Origin: Octopus sinensis
Taxonomy: Eukaryota
Reading direction: 5' to 3'
Length of the DNA stretch: 64,000 bases
NCBI RefSeq assembly: GCF_006345805.1
Contig: NC_043003.1
Span: 66,526,001-66,590,000 of the forward strand
Part shown: positions 51,176-64,000 of the stretch, one piece after another
Position numbering within the stretch: position 1 is the stretch's first letter
Layout of the letters: every line of letters begins with the position of its first letter
Notes under the pieces: generated by a model
The model's database searches: none
What the model was told of the DNA's origin: nothing
The model's input: the letters and a program-made list of their open reading frames with translations, nothing else
Made by a program: the position numbers and the translations under genes

Positions 51176-52738
51176 AGCGATTTATATTATGCTAGGATTA
51201 CTCAACATTTCTTGTTGAATGAGGTCCGATGAAGATGAGGAGGTTGAAATTTGAGGTCACTGACACACACTTCTTGTAAAAATATAAATGATTGGGCGGT
51301 GTACTTTATGTTTCTACCTTTTCTAAATCTGCGCAGACATACACGATCACATGCGCGCACAAATACACATACGCAAATACAAAAACTGAAACACACTCAA
51401 ATACACACAAATTCATGCATACATAGATACATACATACATTCCTACAGTGTAATTAAAACTTGAATGTGTAATTTATAATTTTGCATGATGATCACCTTT
51501 TGCAAATGAAGAGTATGTAAGATGGTGTAATGAATATGCTATAAACAACAGCTCATGTTTTTTTTGTTTTCTATATACATACATATATACATACGAACAT
51601 ACTACGTATTTATATTTCATACAACTGACATGAACGAATTAAAATCGCTTTATTTATTCAACATGTATGAAATGATACTGGAATTAGTATAATGAGAATA
51701 ACACTGGATTATGTTTATAAATTAAAGAAATTCTTTTTGCAGATGCCTGTAGTAAAGAGCGTTTGAAAAGTATTTGAGAAACCTTTATATTTCCACACGT
51801 ATAGACAAAGATGTTAAGTGACACTCTGTCGCAAATTAAAATAACTATGTTTCTGTGAAATAAACTACCTTTCGATAACAATATAGTAAAATTGGAATTT
51901 ATAAGAGTTTTCTAGAGAATGTAAATTTTAGTATTTGCTTTCTTTCAGTAAAGTTACATATTCATAACTAATTAATAAGCAGCTTTCTTTATGATAGTGC
52001 AGATGCTGAAAAACAGTAACTGGTATTTACTTCAAATCATTTACAGATATTCCGGCTCATAATAATCAATAATTTTTCAGGAATCAGTGAGAATGAAAAG
52101 TAACAGCATTTGGTGCAGTCATCTGTGGCTTAAATAACTCTTTCAGGATGTAATATTTTCAGCTTCAATATAGATTCTTGAAACAAGCTAGATGCCAAAC
52201 AAATACAAATATGCTTGCATGGGAGTATGTTTGCGCAGGCTTGTTTCTGTATATTTGTACAAGTATTCTCAAAGTCACGTATGTATGTATGAATGGATAC
52301 TTATATGAATGTATTCATGCTTTTTTTTTTATTGTTTACAGTTTATATATTTATTTATTCAAGGCTAATTTTAGGTGCATTTCTGCAAGTGAATGTCCGG
52401 GTAAATTGACAGCTATATCCCTACAAGTGCAGTGAAGTATATTGTGGCCGAATTTTTTTAACGAAGAAGCAGACAAACGCACGCACACATACACACGAAG
52501 CATAGTAACAATTGTATATTTATATAGCTGAATATAATTAGGCATAAAAAATGGCAGACTTGTGCATGTGTAATATACATATATCTATAAGCAAACAATA
52601 ACAATGCATATTACACACAAACGCATTCAATACATACATTTATGTATATGTTAATGCATATAAATATATGTATACATATATATATGTAAGTATGCATGTA
52701 ATATATGCGTATATTTATACATACATATATATATATAT

Positions 52739-52793
<55 letters not shown>

Positions 52794-53064
52794 GTGTGTG
52801 GGTGTGTGTGTGTCTGTGTGTATGTGTGTGTGTATAAATATACACATATATTTACATAATTTTGTATGTACAAATAATCTATATATATATACATAGATAC
52901 ATACATAAATGCATATGTATATACATACATTTACAGGCACAGACACACAGACACAAACACATATATATATATGTATATATATTATGTATGTTATATATTA
53001 TATGTGTGTGTATATTATATATATATATATATACACAGACATATTATATATATATTTCTATAAT

Positions 53065-53099
<35 letters not shown>

Positions 53100-53404
53100 T
53101 GAGAGAGAGATAGAGTAGAATAAATTACCAGACGCACTCACTTTTTCTTTCTCCCACTCTTTCTTTGTCTTTCTCCCTCTCTCTCACACACGCACATACG
53201 CACTCATAAAGCACTTCCTTATTCTTTGTTCCACTGCCAGTGACATTACTAATCTACCCACAGATTCCCTTTGGTTGTTAATACCATTTTGTGTTTAATT
53301 ATTTAAGGAGACAGGAATCAGACACAGCAAGAAGAATAAACATCAACAAAAACAAAAACAACCACCAAATATTAAAAAAAAAGCACAACAAAAAAAAGAA
53401 GCGT

Positions 53405-53793
53405 TGACTACTACTACTGCTGCTGCTACTACTACTACTACTGCAATCACTATACCACCGCCACCACCGCCACCACCGCCACCACCGCCACCACCGCCAC
53501 CACCGCCACCACAATACCAACACTAACACCATCACAAGACCCACAGTTTCAATACCACCACCACCACCACCACCACCATCCCCACTATCACTACTACTAC
53601 AACCACCACTACTACTGATACTACTACCAACACCACTTCCGCCACCACCTCCACCACCACCACCATTATCATCACCAACAACACCAACGCTAACACCATC
53701 ACAAAACCCACAGCATCACTACCACCACTAGCACTACTACCACCAACACCATTGCCTCTACTACTAATACCACCACCACCACTACTACTACAC

Positions 53794-53834
<41 letters not shown>

Positions 53835-54330
53835 GCTACTACTACTATCATCACCGCCGCCACCACCACCACCACCACCACCACTATAATCATCTAACAA
53901 CACTAACATCACACTACAACACTAGCACCATCACACCAACACTAGCACTGTCACAAAACCCGCAGCATCACTACCACCACTGTCACTACTACTACTACAA
54001 TCACTACTGCTACTACTAATGCTAATACTACTACTACCACTACTACCACTACTACTACTACTGCTACTAATGCAACTAGAGACACCACCATCACCGACAC
54101 CAACACTACCGCATCCACCTCCACAACAACCACCTCGGCCACCATTACTACCACTGCTACTACTACTCATGCAACTACTAGCATTACCACCAACACTACC
54201 ACCACCTCTACAACCACTTCCGCCACCACTTCTAGTATTACTCCTTGAACTACTATTACCACAACCAGCACCGGTTCTACTACTACTACCACTACTACAA
54301 CTACTACTACTACTGCTACTGCTGCTGCTG
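53405..54330. repeat. Degenerate (CAC)/(TAC) low-complexity tract
   Basis: Direct reading of sequence. Confidence 0.9.
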
Positions 54331-54505
54331 CTATATTATTTTTTTTTATTCTTCTGCCCATTATTTTTAATAATTGGAATAATAAAAAAAATCTCAAAAT
54401 CCAATTCGCAACAACCCAAAATTATGTACAAAAAATTTTTCAAAAAATGCATGTCTATGTGTTTGAAAGTGTGTATGCATATGTGTGTGAATGTAATTGC
54501 GTTTA

Positions 54506-54540
<35 letters not shown>

Positions 54541-54679
54541 ATGCATGCATTAATAAAACATATACTCATATATATATATATGTATATATTCCTTTTACTT
54601 TTTATTTCATTCATACACATATGTGTGCGATATATATACATATATGTATTTATGTATAGTATGTACGTAGGTATATATA

Positions 54680-54732
<53 letters not shown>

Positions 54733-54790
54733 GTGTGTGATAATATGTATGTATGTATGTATATATTTATGTATGTATATATATGTATAA

Positions 54791-54822
<32 letters not shown>

Positions 54823-55721
54823 TATATATATATAGTATATTATTATATATACAATATGTATTATGCATTTATATATGTATATGGATGGATGTATATATGT
54901 ATCCATAGACATGCAGAAGAGATACAGAGAGTGGGTGTATAGGTCAGTCTATGCGTGTGGATTTGGGGTGCTTGTGTGCATAAATTCATATACACATTTA
55001 TGAACTCATGCCCAACCTTGCATGCATCATGTATATGCATATGTGTGTGTGTGTGTGTGTAAAAATTCACAGATGTATATGCATGAGTGAGGTGGAGAGA
55101 GGGAGAGAGAGAGAGAGAGAGAAAGACAATGTGTTTGTCAGGGCCTGTATGACTGTGTCTGTACGTGCCTGTGAGTGTGCGCGTGCGGGAAAACATCTTG
55201 TATTAAGAATTATATTCTATAGTCTTCAACTCCATTCATCTCCTGGCATCACTCAACCAATACATTCCTTGAATCTCTCTCTCTCTCTCTCACTTTCACC
55301 CATTCTCTTTGTCTTCCGTTCATTGTCTCTCAATTCTTCTACCACCTCCCTCCTCTTTTGTCGTGTCTCGTGTATTTTTTTTCTTCTTTTTCTACGTCGT
55401 CTTCGCTTTCTCTCGTCCTCCTCTTCTTCATCGTCTTAATGAATATGCCCAAGAGGTAGAACGAACCTACATAACCTTTTTAACGAAATATCACGGTGGG
55501 TGCCATAAACCTCAGGCGAAGCCATTGAATCATTAGCGGGTGTGTTGAACCCATGCTACGTGGATTGTGACCATCATCCATCACAATCAGCCATCACTAT
55601 ACCACCTCTGCTGGTGACGTTAACCATCACCATCACCGTCACCATCGCCACCATCACCATCGCCATCAACACGACCATGACCACGACGACTATAATCACT
55701 ACCGCTGCCACTACTACTACA

Positions 55722-55788
<67 letters not shown>

Positions 55789-56019
55789 TTACTTGTCTCT
55801 ACCAGTGATATCACTACACCTCCATAAAATCCTCACCATCAATGAGGGAACCTCTACATAGTGAATTGAACTGTTAGAACTAGCAACGAAATCTCCCTCA
55901 AATGGTACCATACCTTCTACAGAAAAGGACACATTTAATAATGTTCTTATAATAATGTCACACATGGCAAAAAGAAGTTTCGTTTTTCCTTTTCATAGCT
56001 GGAAATATCTTTCGTTTCT

Positions 56020-56718
56020 TTCTGTCATTCCCTTGCTTCAATCATTAAACTACAGCCATGCTGGAGCAACGGCTTTCAGCTTTTTGTGTATGTATAGAGC
56101 AAATCGACTCCAACACTTACTTTTGAAAGACTGGTAGCTACTATATCGGTGTCTTTTGCTGAACTGTTAAGTTAAATAGACGTATACAGACCCTCACCAA
56201 TTATCAAACCGTGGGGTGGACACATACAGACATACACAAACACATACGTACAACGTGTTTCCTCAAAATTCCCGTTTCCTAAATTACCCTCACAGTTCAT
56301 TCGTCGGCAAGGGCTAAAGTTGGAGACAGTTGTTGAAGGTACAACGCGGTGACCTTTCCAAATGATTTTTTTTTAATTTTTGAAACACTAGAATATTGTT
56401 TGTGGGAGGGAGATTTGGGTGTTATAGTTAGCAGGTCTAGCGATTACACACGAGTTTCTACGCTCGCTCATGTGACTAAATTGAATAAATGGCTGTGACC
56501 GTGTGGAACAAAGAGGAAATAACAGCCGAAGTGAAATCAGAAACAAAGGATAGAGTGACAACAATGGCGACCAGAATACGTCAACAGTAACAATAAATAA
56601 AATGGCTGCCAAAACAAGAAGTATTGGGTCAAAAGCAATGAAATTCCTCCATTTTAAAGTCTATTGGAAAAGATTGAGGAGACAATTGAATTATTTGTGA
56701 CTGCTAATACTACTACTA

Positions 56719-56775
<57 letters not shown>

Positions 56776-57380
56776 AATGGTGATGATAACGCTGAATGTT
56801 TCAACGTTCATGGTGTTGACATTAGCAGATGAATGCTAATTGCTCGGAAGTTGGGATGATACAGATGACTAAGGGCGGCGGCGCGTTGGTGGTGGGCTTT
56901 AATTGTGGGTAATTGATGGGTGAAAGGGGAAAAGATTAGTGCGATTTATTGGTAAGAAATGATAGCGCAGTAGTATATTAGTGACGGGAATTATTGCTGA
57001 TGTTGTTGTTGTTGACGTTATTGGTGCTGCAGTTGATGTTTAACCTGAATTCAGACATGGTTGAAGAACCACGTTGCGATATCTGGCCATGTGTTTTCTA
57101 CTATAACCCTGGGCTGTCCAATGCCTTGTGAGTGACTATGATAGATGGAAACTGCGTGAAACCCCGTCTCATGTGTGTGTGTATCTGTGTTTGTCACCCC
57201 CACTGCTTGACAACCGGTGTTGGTTTATTTATGTCCCTGTAACGTAGTGGTTGTGCAAAATAGACTGATAGAATGAATATCAGAATTAGCAATAAGGCGC
57301 GCTATTGATTTGTTCGATGGAACTCTTTAAGACGGTTTCCTAGCATAGCCGCTATCCAATGACTGAAAACAGTATAAAAG
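56020..57380. mobile_element. Family A SINE remnants (56020-56230 -, 57050-57380 +)
   Basis: cagccatgctggagca / ttgacaaccggtgttggtt...cgtagtggttgtgcaaaatagactgatagaat. Confidence 0.6.
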
Positions 57381-57523
57381 AAGAACAATAAAAAAAAAAC
57401 ATTTGATGATACTGTCTCAGAGATAATATGATCCGTTATGGGAGAGAAAGAGAGAGACAGAGATGAAGGGAGGGAGGGATTGAGGAAAGGAGATAAAGAG
57501 ATAGATTGGGAAAGAGAAAAGAT

Positions 57524-57559
<36 letters not shown>

Positions 57560-58247
57560 AAAAGACAGAGAGAAGAGGAAAAGAGAAACACAAAGAGAAA
57601 AAAAAGACAAAGAAAGAGACAAGGAGGAGATAGTTGGGATAATACCATATGGAAAACCTTTTAACCTCAGGTATGTCTGATCGGTGGAGATTTAATATTA
57701 GACAAAACAAAAACAACTGCAACAACAACTATAACAACAACAACAACAAAGACTTCATTCAAGTTATTTATACAAGTGAAAGAAACAAACGATTTTAGAG
57801 CTGCATTTCCCAAGCGCTTCTATAAAGTTGCACCGAAAAAGTACTTGCTCTCTATTAGTAACTTGTCTTTTATTTGTAGCTTCTTTTCCCGTGCCATGCA
57901 CAGGAAAGTACGTGACAGAAGAGGCAAATAAATTTATTTTATATTATCTCATCTGACTTTAAAGTGGAAGGAACCGTTTTAGATGGTAAAACTTGCAGCA
58001 TTTCATCTTTAAAAAAAAATGGAAATTGCGAAGTTATTTCTAAAATGCATTCAGCATGATCTTGCTACCGTCACATTGAATTTATATTTTTAACGTTCGG
58101 ACTCATTTGCGTGTGTATGCATGTGATGCGTGCATGTATGTCTGTATGTACGTGTGTGTGTATGTATGTGTATTATATATATATATATATATGTATATAT
58201 GTTTGTGTATATATAATATCTGTGTATTATATATATATATATTATAT

Positions 58248-58316
<69 letters not shown>

Positions 58317-58320
58317 TATA

Positions 58321-58369
<49 letters not shown>

Positions 58370-58378
58370 TAAATATAT

Positions 58379-58411
<33 letters not shown>

Positions 58412-58804
58412 ATATATTAGAATTTTTTGGCATAATGAGATGAAAAAAATCCAAGGCTGTGTAGATATCAGAACATATATAGAAAGAAGGTCTTACAGCT
58501 TTTTCCAGGATATTTATTAATTATATCCCTTCCTCGGAGACGGTGTGAGAGGATGGTTAAGTAATTGTTATTAGTTTATATAGAATACAAAATAGAGAGT
58601 AAGGTTGGGGAAAGAAAATAGATGTAAGATATGTAGCGACGAAGCGCCACGATAGTTGGTTTCTTCGTACGGAGCTCATGCTTATTCATAGAGCACTAAT
58701 TTAGAGGCAGACTATAGCAAAAGTAAGCTCAAATGAGTTTACCTCACAAGCAAGAGTAATTTTTCCTGAGTCCATTTTTCTGGGTTAATACGATATAAGA
58801 CGAA

Positions 58805-59190
58805 TGGCGGCGAGTTGGCAGAAACATTAGCACGCCGGGCGAAATACTTAGCGGTATTTCGTCTGCCGCTACGTTCTGAGTTCAAATTACGCCGAGGTCG
58901 ACTTTGCCTTTCATCCTTTCGGGGTCGATTAGATAAGTACCAGTTAACGCACTGGGGTAGATATAATCGACTTAATCCGTTTGTCTGTCCTTGTTTGTCC
59001 TCTCTGTGTTTAGCCCCTTGTGTGTAGTAAAGAAATAGGTATTTCGTCTGTCTTTATGTTCTGAGTTCAAATTCCGCCGAGGTTGACTTTGCTTTTCAAC
59101 CTTTCACGATTGATAAAGTAAGTACCAGTTGCGTACTGAAGTCAATCTAATCAACTGGCTTCCTACCTCCAAATTTCGGGCCTTATGCCT
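58805..59190 (+). mobile_element. Dimeric family B SINE (head and core repeated)
   Basis: The segment gtatttcgtctg...gttctgagttcaaatt.cgccgaggt.gactttgc.tttca.cctttc occurs twice (about 58855 and 59040). Confidence 0.8.
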
Positions 59191-59576
59191 AGAGTAGAAA
59201 AGATTATAATACGATATAAGGCGAATGATTCAGTTATGTGTGCGTGTGTGTGTGCATGTGAATATGTGCGGGCTTGTGAGTGCGCGCATGTGTGCGTGCT
59301 GTGTGTGTCCGTGCGTGTTGTGTGTGTGTGTGTGTTTTCCAAACTTATATCAGTTAACTGACGTTTACTAAAGCCACACATTCTTTGTTGAGTACGGTCA
59401 AAACTTTCTACATTTCTTGTCATAAATATTTGAAATTGTCTCCTAAATTCTAGGCTAACTGACCTTGCCCAGACAGCCACGATGTTCAGACTATCTGGGA
59501 GACAGTTCAGGAACCCGACCGTCTTCAAGAAGATGGATAGTTGTACAAAGAAACAGAATTAATAATAATAATAATA

Positions 59577-59641
<65 letters not shown>

Positions 59642-59698
59642 GGTACAGACAAGCAATAAGTAATGAACAAGAGACAAACCAAGGAATAACTAAATCAC

Positions 59699-59737
<39 letters not shown>

Positions 59738-60397
59738 AGGGCATAATGAGATTTTTGTCTGTGATAGTCTACAAATTGATCTTGTCACCATTAAAGTCTC
59801 TGGAAATGGCTTTTATTTGTATCGTATTCACTGGCACTCAGACAAAATGAAAAAAAAAGGATAAATATAATATAATTTTAAATAAGCACCCAAATCACAC
59901 AATAAAGTAGTAAATATTGTAACAAGTTCTGTACATACATACGAAATACGTACATGCATACGTACGTACGTACGTACGAACGAACGAACGAACATACATA
60001 CATCAAAGCATTAGTTGAACATCAGCGCTCGCATAATTGATATGTCATTAACTGTTAGAGGAAATATGTGAACCAGGCGATTTAATCTTAATTTATGTTA
60101 CCTCATATAATGTTGAGGTGAGTTAACGAGGAATGGGTTGAATTCGACTACTACAGCAAATAGGGAATTTTACTGGGTCAGTGATACTTAAATATCTACT
60201 GGGTCACTAGATATATATCTTTGGCGGGGGTGTTATTAGTAATGGAGTCTGACACACGCCAGAAAGAGACCGAGGAACTGGGAAAGAATGAAGTGAAAGA
60301 AGGCGAGTTAGGAGACAGAGGGGGGTTGGGTACAGAACACAGGAAACGTGTGTTTTTGCGCGCGCTTGCGTGTATAATATATATATGTATATATATA

Positions 60398-60441
<44 letters not shown>

Positions 60442-60506
60442 TACACACACGACATAAATACATACACACACATATGTGCATATACATGAATACATGAATG
60501 TGTATT

Positions 60507-60538
<32 letters not shown>

Positions 60539-60614
60539 CACATGTATATACATATACACACATAGACACACACACATACATATATATAGTAAATTTATAT
60601 ATGTATATACATAC

Positions 60615-60646
<32 letters not shown>

Positions 60647-61157
60647 CTACACACGCACGTACACATATATATATATGTATACAAAACACGTACACACACA
60701 TACATACACACACATTCACGCACTTATATATATAGTACACAAGTACTTATTATGAAATGGGGCAAAGATAATTATTTTCGTTAAAGACTATATTTTAATT
60801 TTTCTTTTCTTTTATTTTGTTTCCTTTCACTTCTAGTACATATATACATTATCCATTTTGCTTATACGACGGTAACCTAATATCTTGAGTAATTTCGAAG
60901 ACATCTTTAAACGTGCCAAATTTTATAGTTCAGGTAATCTTCCGTGATAACCTCAGACTTGTCAAACATTTAAACTAAAGCAGTTCGTTTTCTAATCATA
61001 GCGAAAACAGTCACACGCTCATTGAAAAGTTAATTTTCTCCAGTGACCCAGGAGACAATATAAACCATTTTTCCTTGGACTGCAGTCATTGTGTCCGTTG
61101 AACCGTTGTTGTCCTTGTTATTGCTATTGTTGTTGCACTTAACAATTATTATTATTA

Positions 61158-61195
<38 letters not shown>

Positions 61196-61326
61196 GTATA
61201 TATTTCTTTATTTCCTTTTTTTGAGGTTCTTTATGTTGTTGTTGCCGATTTTCATGTTCTTCAGAAAGGATAAATAATTGAACGCTTAAGATACTAGTCG
61301 TAGTGCATATATGTATGTGTATATAT

Positions 61327-61498
61327 GAGTGGCTGTGTGGTAAGTGGCTTGCTTACCAACCACACGGCTCCGGGTTCAGTCCTGGGCAAGTGTCTTCCAC
61401 TATAGACTCGGGCTGATTAGAGCTGTGTGAGTGATTTTGGTAGACGGAAACTAAAAGAAGCCAATCTTATATATATATATATATGTATTATATATATG

Positions 61499-61536
<38 letters not shown>

Positions 61537-61687
61537 TTAATTATATATCTATATATAAATATTATATATATATACATGTATTCTTTTATTACTTACGTTT
61601 TTCAGTCATTTGACTGCGGCCATGCTGAAGTACTACCTTTAATCGAACAAATCGAACCTCAGGACTTATTCTTACTCCAAAAAAGAG

Positions 61688-61718
<31 letters not shown>

Positions 61719-61728
61719 AATAATAATG

Positions 61729-61791
<63 letters not shown>

Positions 61792-62193
61792 GTTAAGTGC
61801 AGCAACAATAGCAATAATAATACTTATTCTATCGGAGTTTTTGGCCGAACTGCTAAGTTACGGGGACGTAAACACACCAGCATATATAAATTTCATCTTT
61901 TACTTGTTTCAGTCATTTGACTGCAGCCATATTAGTGCACCGCCTTGAAAGCGTTTTAGTGAAACAAATACGCCCCAGTTATTATTCTTTTGTTACGCCT
62001 GGTACATATGCTATCGGTCTCTTTTGCCGATCCGCTAATGTTATGGAACACAAACACATGAACACCGGTTGTCAAGCGATGGCGAGAGCCAAACACCGAC
62101 ACACGTGCTTCTGTCAGTTGTTTTTCAAATCAACTCACAAGGCTTTAGTCATCCCGCGAAGCCATAGTAGAAGACACTTGCCCAAGGCGTCAC
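61327..62193. mobile_element. Family A SINE pieces (head + at 61327-61470; tails - at 61580-61690, 61820-61890, 61895-62193)
   Basis: Matches to family A; the last copy runs into the assembly gap. Confidence 0.7.
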
Positions 62194-62293
62194 NNNNNNN
62201 NNNNNNNNNNNNNNNNNNNNNNNNNNNNNNNNNNNNNNNNNNNNNNNNNNNNNNNNNNNNNNNNNNNNNNNNNNNNNNNNNNNNNNNNNNNNN
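62194..62293. other. Assembly gap (100 N)
   Basis: Run of n characters. Confidence 1.
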
Positions 62294-62421
62294 ATTAATT
62301 ATTTTCCTCTCTAAATTATATTCAATAAGTTCGTTGCTGTGAGGTCGGCAGAAATCGATATTTCATCGTAATCGGTTGTTAGTTGAGATAAAGGCCAAGA
62401 CAATGTAATATGATATCAAAT

Positions 62422-62456
<35 letters not shown>

Positions 62457-62648
62457 CAACACACAAACATTCACACCTATACATACATATACACACATGT
62501 ATGCATATGTGTATGTATATGCGCATACATTCACTTGTATTTTCTGTATGTATCTCTATTTGCATATGTATGTTTTCAGGAAAACGCACACACATAGACA
62601 CCTTGGTACATTTATATATATGTGTCCCTCTCTCTCTTTCTCTCTCTA

Positions 62649-62686
<38 letters not shown>

Positions 62687-62828
62687 CACACACACACTCA
62701 CATGTATGTATATATGTATGGTTGAGTGTATGTGTGCATGTACGCAAACACATATAAACACACGAATATATCCCTCCCTCTGTCTCTGCCAGTCTCTCTC
62801 TGTCTCTTTCACCCTCCCTCGCTCTGTC

Positions 62829-62866
<38 letters not shown>

Positions 62867-63389
62867 GACACACACACATACAGACAAACACGCAAACGCA
62901 AACACACACAAACACACACAAACGCACACCCACCCACACACCGACACACACACTGACACACGGTGCTGTACCCTCCGACAAAATGTCAATATGTTTAATG
63001 TCAAGTAGTATCAAGTGGCGACAGGGAAGAGAACAAAACTAAATAAATAAATAAATAAATATCGAAAAATAAAGGTAAAATAAAAAAAATAATAATAAAA
63101 TCAACAGAAAATAAAAATATAGAAAAATATATAAGAAACAAGGAATAAATAAATACATAAAATCTGTAAAGTATTATTTTAAAAAACAGAAAGAAAAATC
63201 AAGATGGCGACCGTTAAGAATTATCGCTGGACCCGCGAGAAAGAAACTACAAAGGACATACAATAAGCAATAAAAAGATATTTGCGACAAAGTGGTTTTA
63301 ATTATAGAATATCTGGACTTAACACGGGATGGTCATGGCTGTAAAGTTGTTGATGAAGATGAAAGTCTGGCTAATAGGGACATGGGTGC

Positions 63390-64000
63390 AAGAGTGGCTG
63401 TGTGGTAAGTAGCTTGCTTATCAACCACATTATTCCGGGTTCAGTGCTAAATGCGTGTTACCTTCTACTAAAGTCCCGAGCCGACCAAAGCTTTCTGAGT
63501 GGATTTGATAGACGGAAACTGAAAGACGCCTGTCGTATATGTATATATATATATATGTATGTATATGTTTGTGAGTCAGTGTTTGTCCCCGAAACATCGC
63601 TTGACAACTGATGCTGGTGTGTTTACGTCCCCGTAACTTAGCGGTTTGGCAAAAGAGACTGTTAGAATAGGTACTAGGCTTACAAAGAATGAGTTCCAGG
63701 ACCGATTTGTTCGACTAAAGTCGGTGCTCCAGTATGGCCGAACTCAAATGACTGAAACAAGTAAAAGAAAATGGAAGAATATATATATGTGTGTGTGTGT
63801 GTAGGTGTGTGTGTGTTTGTCCACCCACCGATGCTGGTGTGTTTACGTCCCCTTAACTTAGCGGTTCGGCAAAAGAGACCGATAGGATAAGTACTAGGCT
63901 TACAAAGAATAAGTCCTGGGATCGATTTGTTCGACTAAAGGCGATGCCCCAGCATGGCCGCTGTCAAAAAGCTGAAACAAATAACAAAGATTAAAAGAAT
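63390..64000 (+). mobile_element. Family A SINE (63390-63770) followed by a duplicated tail (63810-64000)
   Basis: Full head, body and tail, then a second gatgctggtgtgtttacgtccc...ccagcatggccg...gaaacaa. Confidence 0.85.

Noticed and set aside
53299-54942. Long low-complexity ORFs (poly-V/L/S/T, IY, CV, HT repeats) here and throughout the window
   Set aside because: Translations of di- and trinucleotide microsatellites with no coding signal.
56400-57000. Complex non-repeat-looking stretch with TAAT/TGAT words, a possible enhancer
   Set aside because: Short motifs are expected by chance in AT-rich DNA; this needs cross-species conservation data.

Overview
This is AT-rich, microsatellite-dense eukaryotic DNA. 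The SINE and repeat landscape looks like an octopod cephalopod (Octopus-like); that is an inference. The only host gene segment found is the terminal coding exon of a heparan sulfate 3-O-sulfotransferase (minus strand, 25527-26145); its first coding exon was not found in the window. The rest is tRNA-derived SINEs, Penelope-like element (PLE) fragments, mariner/MITE pieces, LINE remnants, microsatellites and a 100-N gap. The main discovery is a 3.2-kb array of near-identical 481-bp units (6990-10215) in which every unit carries a well-formed type I hammerhead ribozyme (7 ribozymes, 6 cleavage-to-cleavage monomers), i.e. a candidate non-LTR retrozyme/circRNA locus. About 11 more hammerhead-like motifs of several sequence types occur in the window, mostly in (TA)n-anchored PLE tails. 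They include a U3-A8 compensatory core variant and a family with U at core position 6. A 5'-truncated RT + GIY-YIG PLE lies about 5 kb from the array and is a plausible helper lineage. All RNA structures were read by eye and have not been computed or tested.
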